Shown here: positions 18,624 through 27,318 of the stretch, piece after piece
Layout: each line of letters opens with the position of its first letter
Numbering within the stretch: position 1 is the stretch's first letter
DNA from: Paramicrosporidium saccamoebae KSL3
Lineage: Eukaryota; Fungi; Cryptomycota
DNA length: 27,318 bases
Assembly: GCA_002794465.1 (NCBI GenBank)
Contig: MTSL01000050.1
Span: 113,194 to 140,511 of the forward strand
Direction: 5' to 3'
Translations under genes and position numbers: made by a program
Notes under the pieces: generated by a model
The model's input: only the letters and a program-made list of their open reading frames with translations
The model's database searches: none
Told to the model about the DNA's origin: nothing

Positions 18624-21419
18624 ATGGAGCGTTTTATGGCACATTCGGCGGGACATTGCCGTCTTCGAGCCCTCCCGAACGAGTAGCGTCTTTTCTAAAT
18701 TAACATTCTAGCTGCTTCCTGACGGGCGGAAGCGATGGTGAGCTTGCACTTCACCACCTCGATGAATCTTGCAAACTAAGCACAACTGTTCATCGACGAA
18801 TTCACCGTGGCGCCATCACGGACATTTCTGCCACGGATGCGCATTTTATCAGTGTCGGCGAGGATGGTGCCCTGTATGTCACTAGTCACAACGTGCTGGA
18901 AAGCAAACTGACATTTCGAGCGACCTTGCCGCTGCAGACGGTGGCAGTGGACGTTTTGATAGCGGTAGCAGGAGATGAATTGACCATTTCAGTGGTTGAT
19001 TTTGAAGCAAATGTGGTTTGGAAGAGCGAGATCCTCGCCTCTGTGGTAGTGGGATTAGCATGGTGCAATTCTTCTTTGGTATTTTTGTTGTGGAATTAAC
19101 ATTGGCGTAGATTAGCGTGGATGCAAAGGGATTGGTGTCAGTTTGGAAACCGGCTGATGGAGGATATGCAAAGAGTCGCAGTGTGAATATTGGAGTTTCG
19201 CTGAGTAAGTATACCCAAGTCTTTATCAACAGCAAATGGATCATCCTGTGTTGTCCAGATAGTAATACTTTGTCACTACCTATTTACATATTGTAGATGG
19301 ATTATTTATACTCGAAAAGGACGAGCTAAAGATGAAGGAACACATTAAGCCACCCACAGCTGCACATTTTTCTGCAGCCGTGATCCCAGTGCCTGGGACT
19401 GAAGTTGTTGTTCTAGCGCATTCCGAGGGAGCCACTCTAATCAGTAGCGATTCTCTGGAGCTCTCCCCCGATCTACCTATGCCAGTTGCCAATGTCATTG
19501 GAGTTGCTGGAAATGCCCTTGGCAATATGCTCACAATCAGCAGTGATGGTAGCCTTGCTCCATTTTCAGTGACTTTTGCATTTGATGATGCACCCAAGTC
19601 TAAAAAGAGTTCCTTTGACATGTTTGACTCTGACGCCGAGGCAGAGGAGAGGGAGGACGAAGACAAGATTCTTAAACGGGATCGTAAATATATGATGGAC
19701 AGTGAGGAAGAATTTGACGACTACGATGTGGAAGATCCCACCGATCAGCCGGAGCCCGCTATTATTCCACCCTCTACTATGCAGTATCGTCCAGAGTGCA
19801 TCCATAAGCAATTTCAGCCATCATGCACCCCTTTTGTTCATGGGTATCGTTTCCTGTGCTGGAACAATACCGGAATAATCACATCACGTCAAGATGAGGG
19901 GTATTGTAGTGTTGCTGTCGAGTTTCACGACAAAAATTTCCATCGACCAGTTCACTTTATTGACGAGTTTGGCTACACGATGGGCGCCATTGGCAAATCT
20001 GGCTTCATCTTGGCATCTCCCAAGGACGCAGAGAGGCCGTCTATGTTATATATTTCTCCACTTGATTCTCAGGAACGGTCAGCACCATGGTCCATCTCAC
20101 TGGCGCCAGAAGAAGATGCCTTGGGCGTGGCAATTGGTGCTGCTAAATATGCAGTGGTTGCTACCAGTGCAGGATTCTTGCGAACCTTTAGCCCAACGGG
20201 TCTGCAGGGACCGATTGTCAATTTCCCGGGGAGCTTTGTCTCCATGGTCGCCCATGCAAACCAACTATTTGTCCTGACATCTGACGAATTCAGCAGCGAA
20301 TTGGTGTACACATTTTATAGCCTCGATAAGCTTGCACAGCTACGCACGGGTCATGTTGGAGGACGGTTCCGCAATCTAAGACTCGGCTGGATAGGATGGA
20401 GTGATAGCGGTATTGCCGGAATTTTCGACGAACAGATGGTACTTCATATCTGCAATGCGGATGCCGGATATGTCTGGCAGCCATGGTTGGAATGTCGAGA
20501 GCACAAGGAAAAGAAAGAATTAGTTTGGCCAATCGGCTTTACGGCCAACGACCTTTTATGTTTGCAGCTGAGGAGCGGAGACGAACATCCCGAGCCAGTC
20601 CCCCGGCCCATGCCGACGGTGATCCCCATGCAGATTCCGCTCCTGGCCATTGATGATCCAACCGTTGTATCCTTTGAAAGGGCCTTTAGAGCTCATACAA
20701 TCTTCAACTCTGGCTCTTTGCGACCCGAGCTGGCGGATCGAGAGTCTCGAAGGCTACAGTTGGCATCGGACAAACATGTACTTGAGCTGATTCAGCTGGC
20801 AATTCGAGCGGATAAACCGGCCAGAGTTATCGAGTTGTGTCCGTTGTTCTTGATGGAAAAGTCTTGGGATATGGCCATACAATTGGTCAGACACAACAGG
20901 CTTGCGCAGCTAGCCGACCGTATCGAAAACTTGCGCAACAAGACTGAATGCAAGACGGAGGTGCCTTGTGAAACAAGAGTAAGGCCAGCTTTGGTGAAAA
21001 CTCCGAAGGCACTGAGCCAGGTTGCTATAGAGTCCCCGAGCACTACTCTAGCCAACTTGACACCAATCCCATTCAGTCTGGAAGCTACACAATTGAAGCC
21101 TGATGTTCCATTATTTCCCTTGAGTCATTCTGCATTCGATGAATCCACCCAGCTCCCTCCCGAAATGCCCATCGAGCCTGCCCTCGAGACACCCGCGGCA
21201 CTCGCCAATCCATTCGCTCAACTCTCATTTGACACTCCGCGCACAGAGGCAAAGTCGCGCAGCTTTGCAGAAATGATGCGCACAGTCCAGCAGGCTGTCG
21301 AGGCGCCTTCACCCATAAAGAAAGCCAGGTCTGAAGCTCCCGCAGAAAAGACCAAGAGGCAGTCGGAATTGTCGCTCTTTTCAAAGTGCGTGGATGAGAA
21401 CACTGCAGGCAATGAATAA
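18624..21419 (+). CDS. CTF4: Replisome adaptor Ctf4/Mcl1/AND-1 (N-terminal WD40 plus SepB-like domain), 4 exons
   Basis: The 5' exons are missed by the ORF track: MERFMAHSAGHC...D|CFLTGGSDG...TLPLQTVAVDVLIAVAGDELTISVV. Introns 18683-18711 (29 nt), 19079-19110 (32 nt) and 19262-19296 (35 nt; an alternative in-phase donor lies at 19205). Core HKQFQPSCTP..RFLCWNNTGII..VEFHD..HF.D..GYTM and GFLRTFSPTGLQ. Confidence 0.9.
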
Positions 21420-21782
21420 ACGGCCATTATGTGCACCAAAGTTTCAATTTATCAATGAGCGCATATTACTGTACTACTTTAGCTACTTTTTAGAAACTTC
21501 CGAGGTATTACCAAAGCCTTACAACTGTGACTCGAGTGTTCAACGTAAAGTAGTCACGCTCCACGCTCAGCAGCAATAATCAAAAAACATCTTTGAGTGA
21601 GCATAGACGGATTGTGCTATAAATTTCAATAACTTTGACATTTCTGGAATTAATTTAATTTAGTGCACCCAATTAGTGTCTCATCGATGGCCGTTCAATC
21701 GATTTCGGGGATACCCCCTCTGATTGGACAACCGCCACTTTATTGCAATCTGGCAATCTCACATATTCCCCAAGGTAGCAAT

Positions 21783-21790
21783 TATAAAAA
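21783..21790 (+). promoter_or_regulatory. TATA box (TATAAAAA) upstream of the small secreted protein gene
   Basis: Consensus TATA ending about 30 nt before the ATG at 21822. Confidence 0.5.
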
Positions 21791-21821
21791 GGAGCGCTGT
21801 CGTTTAAGCACCCTGTCGGCA

Positions 21822-22139
21822 ATGCAGCTTCCTATTCTTGCTCTTCTCGTCGTTTCTGTAGTGGCAAGCAGATTTTCAGAACAAGAAATAAGAGCATTCA
21901 GGACCAACACCATGACGGATTCGGAGGATGATATATATGAAAATGCTTACAGGGGAGCAAACAGATATGCAACACTATCCACCGCGCCAATGGGCAATAC
22001 ATATGGTTCTTTTTTGCTTTGTGATTAACCTGCATGAATAGGTGGTGGATATGGTGCCGTACCCGGAGCACACGAGGCGGCAGCTAAGGAAGCAGCAAGG
22101 GCCGTTTTGGAGCACCGTGCAAACAAAGCAGGAAAGTAG
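21822..22139 (+). CDS. Small secreted orphan protein, 93 aa, 2 exons
   Basis: Signal peptide MQLPILALLVVSVVA. A 36-nt intron at 22006-22041 (GT...TTAAC...TAG) removes the stop and gives ...NTYG|GGYGAVPGAHEAAAKEAARAVLEHRANKAGK*. An upstream TATA is present. Confidence 0.7.
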
Positions 22140-22238
22140 AATATTCATTAGTGTCTCAATCACATAAACGTAGCAATTCATGCATGCAATGTATTGCACT
22201 CTGCAGCTCATTGTGCTGGTTCAAGTATCCAAAATGCT

Positions 22239-23219
22239 TTATTCATCGGGTTCTACTTCTACCTCTTTCCAGACTTTGATGGACTTGTCACCCTCCCCAG
22301 TTAGCAGGCGAAGTCCAGTCCTGTCGAACGTGGATGCGTATATGGCTGCCTCACAATCCAGTGAGCCAGGCTGTGGGATGGAATCCAGTTTTTGGAAGCA
22401 CTCGCCCGAGCCCCAATCCCAAAAGCGCAGCGATCCATTGTCGCCGCCACTGACAAGGACATTATCATGGTTCACTGAGACTGTGTTAATGACTGTGTCA
22501 TGTCCATCAAAGTCGTTTAAAAACGTTCCTTCGGGCAGTTTCCATTTTTTCAAATGGTCAGTGGCACCCGACACAAAAGTATATTCAGTTGGGTGTCCAG
22601 CCAATGTCCGCACACTCCGTTTGTGATGTGTCAGCACGGCCATTGTCTTCCCCGCCACCACATCCCACAGTCTAATAGTTGCATCCATCCCTGCCGTCAC
22701 AATTTGCGGCTTGCACTCGTTGGTAAGGACGGCTGACACAGTCTGCTTGTGTCCGCCCAGCACGTGAATTGCCTGTCTCGTCCGCAAATCCCATACTCGG
22801 GCTGTTGCATCCCTTCCTGCTGTCACTAGTAGGTCCAGTGTGGGGTGCAGTGCTACTGCATACACGCCGCTCAGATGGCCATGGTAATGTCTGACTACCT
22901 TGTTCTGTTCGAGGTCCCAGCATTTGATCATCTTGTCGTCAGACACTGAAAAGAGGTACGGATGACGGGGACTGACAGCAAGACCGCGCACAGAGCCGAT
23001 ATGGCCTGTGAGGGTGAGCTTGAGGGTCCCAGAGGGGAGGTCCCAGATTTTGATGGTACGGTCAGCCGACCCAGAGGCAAACCACTGGTTGGAGACGTCT
23101 ACTGCTAGAGACCGCACCCAGCCAGTATGGCCAGACTGCACCCGCATTAGTCGCCACTGAGAATGTGGTCTGGCATCCGGTCTTTTCGTCTTTGGCTGTG
23201 TAGTAAGCTGCTGGGACAT
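22239..23219 (-). CDS. PRP46: Pre-mRNA splicing factor Prp46/PLRG1 (WD40)
   Basis: [79 protein letters not shown] and [16 protein letters not shown]. First ATG is at 23219. Confidence 0.96.
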   Translation of the reverse strand: MSQQLTTQPKTKRPDARPHSQWRLMRVQSGHTGWVRSLAVDVSNQWFASGSADRTIKIWDLPSGTLKLTLTGHIGSVRGLAVSPRHPYLFSVSDDKMIKCWDLEQNKVVRHYHGHLSGVYAVALHPTLDLLVTAGRDATARVWDLRTRQAIHVLGGHKQTVSAVLTNECKPQIVTAGMDATIRLWDVVAGKTMAVLTHHKRSVRTLAGHPTEYTFVSGATDHLKKWKLPEGTFLNDFDGHDTVINTVSVNHDNVLVSGGDNGSLRFWDWGSGECFQKLDSIPQPGSLDCEAAIYASTFDRTGLRLLTGEGDKSIKVWKEVEVEPDE

Positions 23220-23635
23220 GTCTTTGTATACAATAGCTGTCCAGGGTGTCCTATAACGGATATTGTACACCGTCTGTGTGATATGATGACGTAGAGATTC
23301 TTTTATCTACGTGCAGAAACCGAGAGCTGTTTCTGTAGGGTATAATATTATTTATAGAGCAAACCTATGGGGGTAAATTTATGGAGGCGGATTCTTTCCT
23401 CTGATTATGCTCTGAATGGACATTATCATTCCTTAGGTGCGAATTGTTTCACCACGTACCAGTCAGCGCTCCTAAACAGGGAGTCTTTTTACCACCTTTT
23501 CTGGTCCATAAGCTTTGATCCGTATATTATGCATGGTGGATTGGTCAACCACGTGACCCAATGTAAGATGCCGTGTCGTTAACACGCTTCAAAATCATTG
23601 GTCGGTTTGTTTATATACTTCACTAACCAACAACG

Positions 23636-24352
23636 ATGGCTCCCTTTTGTCGCGAGAGCCTCATCTCGCTTATTCGTCCACAGCCTCCGCAGAAAATATC
23701 ACTGGCTCAGACTGTCGAAATGCTAGTGCAATCCAATGAGATTAGCATGGAACCTGTGATATTGGAGGATGCCACCGTGGGAGAGGTGCTGGCTACTCGG
23801 ATTATGAGATCCTCGTTTCCCGAGTTCCCAGTGACTGCTGTTGCATCCAATGATTCTACGGAGAGAATCGACCCGATGGTCCAGCTAACACATGCTGCTG
23901 ATCTCATTACTCAGCATGGCATCTCGGTAGAGGGAATATTTAGACTCACCAAGAGCCTCGAGCGGCCCGAAGAATTAGCTTCGATAATTGCGGCAGGGAC
24001 ACGGGCGGATATGGAGCACGACAGTCCTTATGACCTTGCTTCCATGTTAAAGATTTACACGCGAAAATACTATCCAAACATCCTTTCCGAGTCTGATATA
24101 ACGAGCATCAATGAAACCGGCGATGCCGCCACGTTCCTTTCCACACTTACTGCAGAGCGGCGTCGGTTCCTTGCTCTGCTAGGTGCGCTCTGTCGCACCA
24201 TTGACTCGCATCAGGAGACTAACAAAATGTCCATGTCCAATCTTGCTCGCGTCCTCGCTCCGAACCTTTTCCAACACCCCGACCCAATGGTGGAGATGCG
24301 TCTCATTCTGCCCACTATTGAGGCAGCTAGGATTATCATGAACGTTGCATGA
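23636..24352 (+). CDS. Stand-alone RhoGAP-domain protein
   Basis: HGISVEGIFR (arginine finger intact), PYDLASMLKIYTR and NKMSMSNLARVLAPNLF. Confidence 0.9.
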   Translation: MAPFCRESLISLIRPQPPQKISLAQTVEMLVQSNEISMEPVILEDATVGEVLATRIMRSSFPEFPVTAVASNDSTERIDPMVQLTHAADLITQHGISVEGIFRLTKSLERPEELASIIAAGTRADMEHDSPYDLASMLKIYTRKYYPNILSESDITSINETGDAATFLSTLTAERRRFLALLGALCRTIDSHQETNKMSMSNLARVLAPNLFQHPDPMVEMRLILPTIEAARIIMNVA

Positions 24353-24500
24353 ATAAATAGATTTACTACTTGTCCACCACTACAACGAGAATCCCATGAG
24401 CGTTTCATGAATAAGTAGATTTGCTAGTTGACCACTGCTACAGCGAAAATCTCATGAATAAATAGATTTACTAGTTGTCTACTACTACAGCGAGAATCTC
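24349..24500. repeat. Three tandem 47-bp units at the RhoGAP/HSP10 convergent junction
   Basis: Units 24349-24395, 24407-24453 and 24454-24500, with an 11-nt insert at 24396-24406. Unit 1 vs unit 3 is 42/47 identical; unit 2 vs unit 3 is 41/47. Confidence 0.95.
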
Positions 24501-24776
24501 AGATTCGCGGAGAAGCAACGTGGAATCGTCCGTTTTATCGCCGAGGTTTACGGGTGAGCCACCGTAGGTAGGGAGAATGACGATATCACCAGTTTTGAGA
24601 GTGACCTTGTCCTTGTCGCTCCCAGGCCCGACTGCAAGCACTTCACCGCGGTGCAGGGTCTCCTGAGACCCCTCGGGGATAAGGATTCCAGTGGCGGTTT
24701 TTTTAACTGGTTTGAGCTTTCGTACAAGGATACGGTCCAGCAGCGGGATGATGCGCTTAATGGCTTGGTTGGTCAT
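24471..24776 (-). CDS. HSP10: Mitochondrial co-chaperonin Hsp10 (GroES family)
   Basis: IKRIIPLLDRILV...KTATGILIPE...GEVLAVGPG...GDIVILPTYGG...LLRESEILA. Confidence 0.96.
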   Translation of the reverse strand: MTNQAIKRIIPLLDRILVRKLKPVKKTATGILIPEGSQETLHRGEVLAVGPGSDKDKVTLKTGDIVILPTYGGSPVNLGDKTDDSTLLLRESEILAVVVDN

Positions 24777-24827
24777 GATACGCGATTCAAGGGCTATCCT
24801 GCGAAAATCGCCAAGCCCCTTTTTAAG

Positions 24828-24844
24828 GATTTTTCGCGAAAATC
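24828..24844. promoter_or_regulatory. Possible heat-shock element / palindrome upstream of HSP10
   Basis: Perfect palindrome TTTTCGCGAAAA (24831-24842) containing TTCnnGAA, preceded by an imperfect third unit (GAT), about 55 nt upstream of the HSP10 ATG. Confidence 0.35.
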
Positions 24845-24879
24845 TGACTTGCCCTGACCAATCACCGAGTCTTTATTAT

Positions 24880-25076
24880 TGTCGTGTAGTGTAGAGGAGC
24901 CGTCACCATGCACAACGTCAGGTGGTAAGAGACGAAGAAATGCGAAAAAAGCGAAAAGAAAACTTGTTCACTGCTAATCCAACGGACCAAGTCATAAGGA
25001 ACCATTAATTGTCATTCGCGGTTAATCCAACGATCCATTTATAGAATACCCAGATGAGCAATCCACTATATCACAC
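24880..25076 (+). repeat. Dispersed intergenic repeat family, copy D (degenerate, 3'-truncated at the neighbouring stop codon)
   Basis: TGTCGTGTAGTG (24880), then TTGTTCACTGCTAATCC (24964-24980, 17/17 with copy A), ATACCCAG (shared with B) and ATCCACTATATCACAC (15/16 with A), in colinear order. Confidence 0.7.
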
Positions 25077-27138
25077 TATGAGCTTGCCAATTCCACCAAG
25101 CTCGCGGCAAAGTCCATTTCCGGTGGGACTGGATCAGTAGAGAGCTCTTGGAGATCGGATCGCAGTTGAGCAATAATTTCGTCTTTGGATTTAATGGCGA
25201 GCATGAGGTTATGGGCTTTGTCCAAGTTGGACTGATCTCGATGTTTGGCCAAGTCTAGGTCATTCTTCAGTTCGATCAGCTTGTCCTGGAGGGTTGAAAC
25301 TTGTTCTGAATGCTGAATAATGAGGCCATTATGATTGAGCCGATCCATAGCTTGCTGTCGCTTCGTTTCGGCAAGCAATGCTTGATAGGATTCTTTTTGA
25401 CTTTGCAATTGCTGTTCCGTACAGGCGAGCTCTAGGGACAGCTTTGAGTTTTGTTGATCGCACAATGCAAGCTGCTCTTCTAGCTCGTAAATTTTGTCAT
25501 TCTTCTGCTGCAACTCGTCTTTGGAAGCAGCCAATTTTGTAGATGTTTCATCCAGGTAAAGTTGGCATTGACGTAGGGCATTGCGCTCCTGCTCCAATGA
25601 CTCTGTTAGAGTGAATCGCTCGCTTTGCAGCAACTCGCCTAGATTGACAAGATCCTCCTTGACTCGGCAGTGTTCAGAACGCTCCTGTTGCAGAAATACC
25701 TCAATATTTTGGGCATTCTCACGTTCGGCATTAAGATTCGTTGCTGTTTCATCGATTTCAGCCTGCATAGCTGATAGTTTGGATTCAAGTGCAGAGATGG
25801 CCTCTCGGTATTCTTCATCCCGAGCCTGAAATTTTGCTTGCTTACGCAACTTGACGAGCGATGCAAGCAAAGCTTGTTCCGAACATGCTTTAGTATCGGC
25901 CGACTTCCAGTAACCAACCCGTTCTCTGACGTGCTGATATAGATCCCTGTTCATCTCAAATAAGCGCCTTTCCTGTCCATATTCAAGAAGAATCGCCCCG
26001 ATTCCATCGGTTCCAACATCATACGCCAGCATCCTGTCTGCATCGTTATATAGCGTCAAAAACTCTTCATCCAAGATTGAGCGATCACCTCCTTCAAGCA
26101 TGTGTAATACTTTAAAGAGACATCTCGCGGCTAACACCGACTCCATTCCATTGCCATGTAAGTGTCGTAGCAATGGTGCCAACACATCGGGACCAATCCT
26201 GCCAATGTTTAGAGAGCACTGGCTAACCGCGTTAAACATTCCACAGAGTAATTCTAATAGCTAAAATAAAGTTGCAGTGTGCGCCAGTGTACTTTTAGAT
26301 TATGCGCAATGTTGGTAGACGTGAATAATCCGCAGAGTTTAACAATGAGACCCTTTTCGATCCACCAAGTGAGTCGATCTTGTATGGTGCGGGAATTGAT
26401 TGCGGCAAGTACAAAATCAATGCCAGCGTACATTTGATCAGAATCTCCACTGCTCACTACTGATACTGCTATCCTAATGAGAGCGTCAATGTTTTCATCG
26501 CTAAACAGCTGTAAGTGTTAGTGCTTGAAAAGAGTTACTTGGCAAGAATGGCAAACACGGATTAGCCAAGTATAACAAGCGAGTAGGATTACGGGAGACT
26601 CTTCCTGGGAAACCTTTTGAATTACTGCGTGAATCAAGTCAGAGTGCCTCTGGATATAGTCTAATACTCTTTCGTTGCGTGTCGCCTCGATCCAGGACAA
26701 AGCATTTTCGTTATTCATTTGATCACAAATCATAAGGATTAACGTTTCCTCCAAAATGTCCTCCCATTTGATTAGTCGCTGGAGACACATGGAAACTGGG
26801 CACGTTTCTGACAGGGCACTTTCCAAGAGGAAATTCCGAAGTCTCTTGTCATTTTTGAAAATTTCCTGGAAATCTTGAAACTCACAGAGCGCTTCGATTA
26901 CGGAAAGGACCAGACTAGGATTCTCTGCTTGCAAGGACTCGGTGACTAGTCGGTGGCAGAACTGCCACGCAACGCTACGTCTCTCGGGCGCATCCCTTTT
27001 AAATAGCACAGAGATTATTTTGTTCGGTTTTGTCTGCAGCTGCGGGAGGAATTCTGCCTGTAGTCCTCGAATAGACTCATTGGTGGATTCATCGGACGAC
27101 TCGGGTGGCAATTGGCAGAATTGCTGGATGGCCTGCAT
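25076..27138 (-). CDS. N-terminal ARM/HEAT-like plus long C-terminal coiled-coil protein, CIP2A(KIAA1524)-like; 3 exons, about 666 aa
   Basis: Exons 27138-26539, 26508-26293 and 26260-25076, with phase-0 introns 26509-26538 (30 nt, CTAAC branch point) and 26261-26292 (32 nt). Heptad-rich E/Q/K/L C-terminal half. The CIP2A similarity is a by-eye comparison with the remembered human sequence. Gene structure confidence is high; identity confidence is moderate. Confidence 0.6.
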
Positions 27139-27318
27139 AATTCAGTGCTGATTGGTCGCGAGTTGTAAAAGTTCAAATAGGCGATGATCGAGGCATGCTC
27201 GATAATGGAGTCTCCGAAGATGGCCATCTACGCCAGGAACCGTTTCGGATCGATATTTTATGCGCTCCACGTGATATGCATCTTGGTATCTGCATTAGTA
27301 ATAGTAACTGATCATAGG

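Noticed and set aside
24349-24500. 47-bp repeats as a CRISPR array
   Set aside because: Eukaryotic context, no cas genes, only one 11-nt insert rather than unique spacers, and the units are copies of gene ends.
27015-27227. ORF MAIFGDSIIEH... as an upstream exon of the CIP2A-like gene
   Set aside because: It is in a different frame with no suitable GT donor 29-36 nt before a candidate acceptor, and the ATG at 27138 already gives an N-terminus of the expected length.
1-27318. tRNA, rRNA, transposase, reverse transcriptase or viral genes
   Set aside because: No cloverleaf, rRNA signature or mobile-element protein motif was recognised by eye. A covariance-model search could still find small RNAs.

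Overview
Gene-dense eukaryotic nuclear DNA, not bacterial or phage. About 17 protein genes are packed with short spacers, and most conserved genes are split by very short GT-AG introns (about 29-36 nt), which is why the ORF track is fragmented. Fungal-type housekeeping genes, a mitochondrial ribosomal protein and Hsp10, tiny introns and extreme compaction suggest a reduced fungal relative that still has a mitochondrial genome, such as Rozellomycota or an early-diverging microsporidian (inference only). Left to right: partial hypothetical ORF; orphan membrane protein; TFIIA large subunit; 14-bp minisatellite; TGL3/4/5-family patatin with a degenerate catalytic motif and an 8-nt micro-exon; TSR2; two tandem non-RD SSK2/MEKK4-like kinases; SANT/Myb + U-box protein; PTM1/TMEM87-like 7TM protein; bL36m; WDR6/Trm734; CTF4; small secreted orphan; PRP46; RhoGAP; HSP10; and an ARM + coiled-coil protein resembling CIP2A. 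The most notable signals are (1) a degenerate 200-300 bp dispersed repeat family, absent from the ORF track, in four of the larger intergenic gaps, (2) the CIP2A-like gene, (3) the truncated non-RD MAP3K pair and (4) a triplicated 47-bp cassette at the convergent RhoGAP/HSP10 junction. No rRNA, tRNA, CRISPR array or transposase/RT gene was recognised. All splice models and homologies were derived by eye, with no database search.
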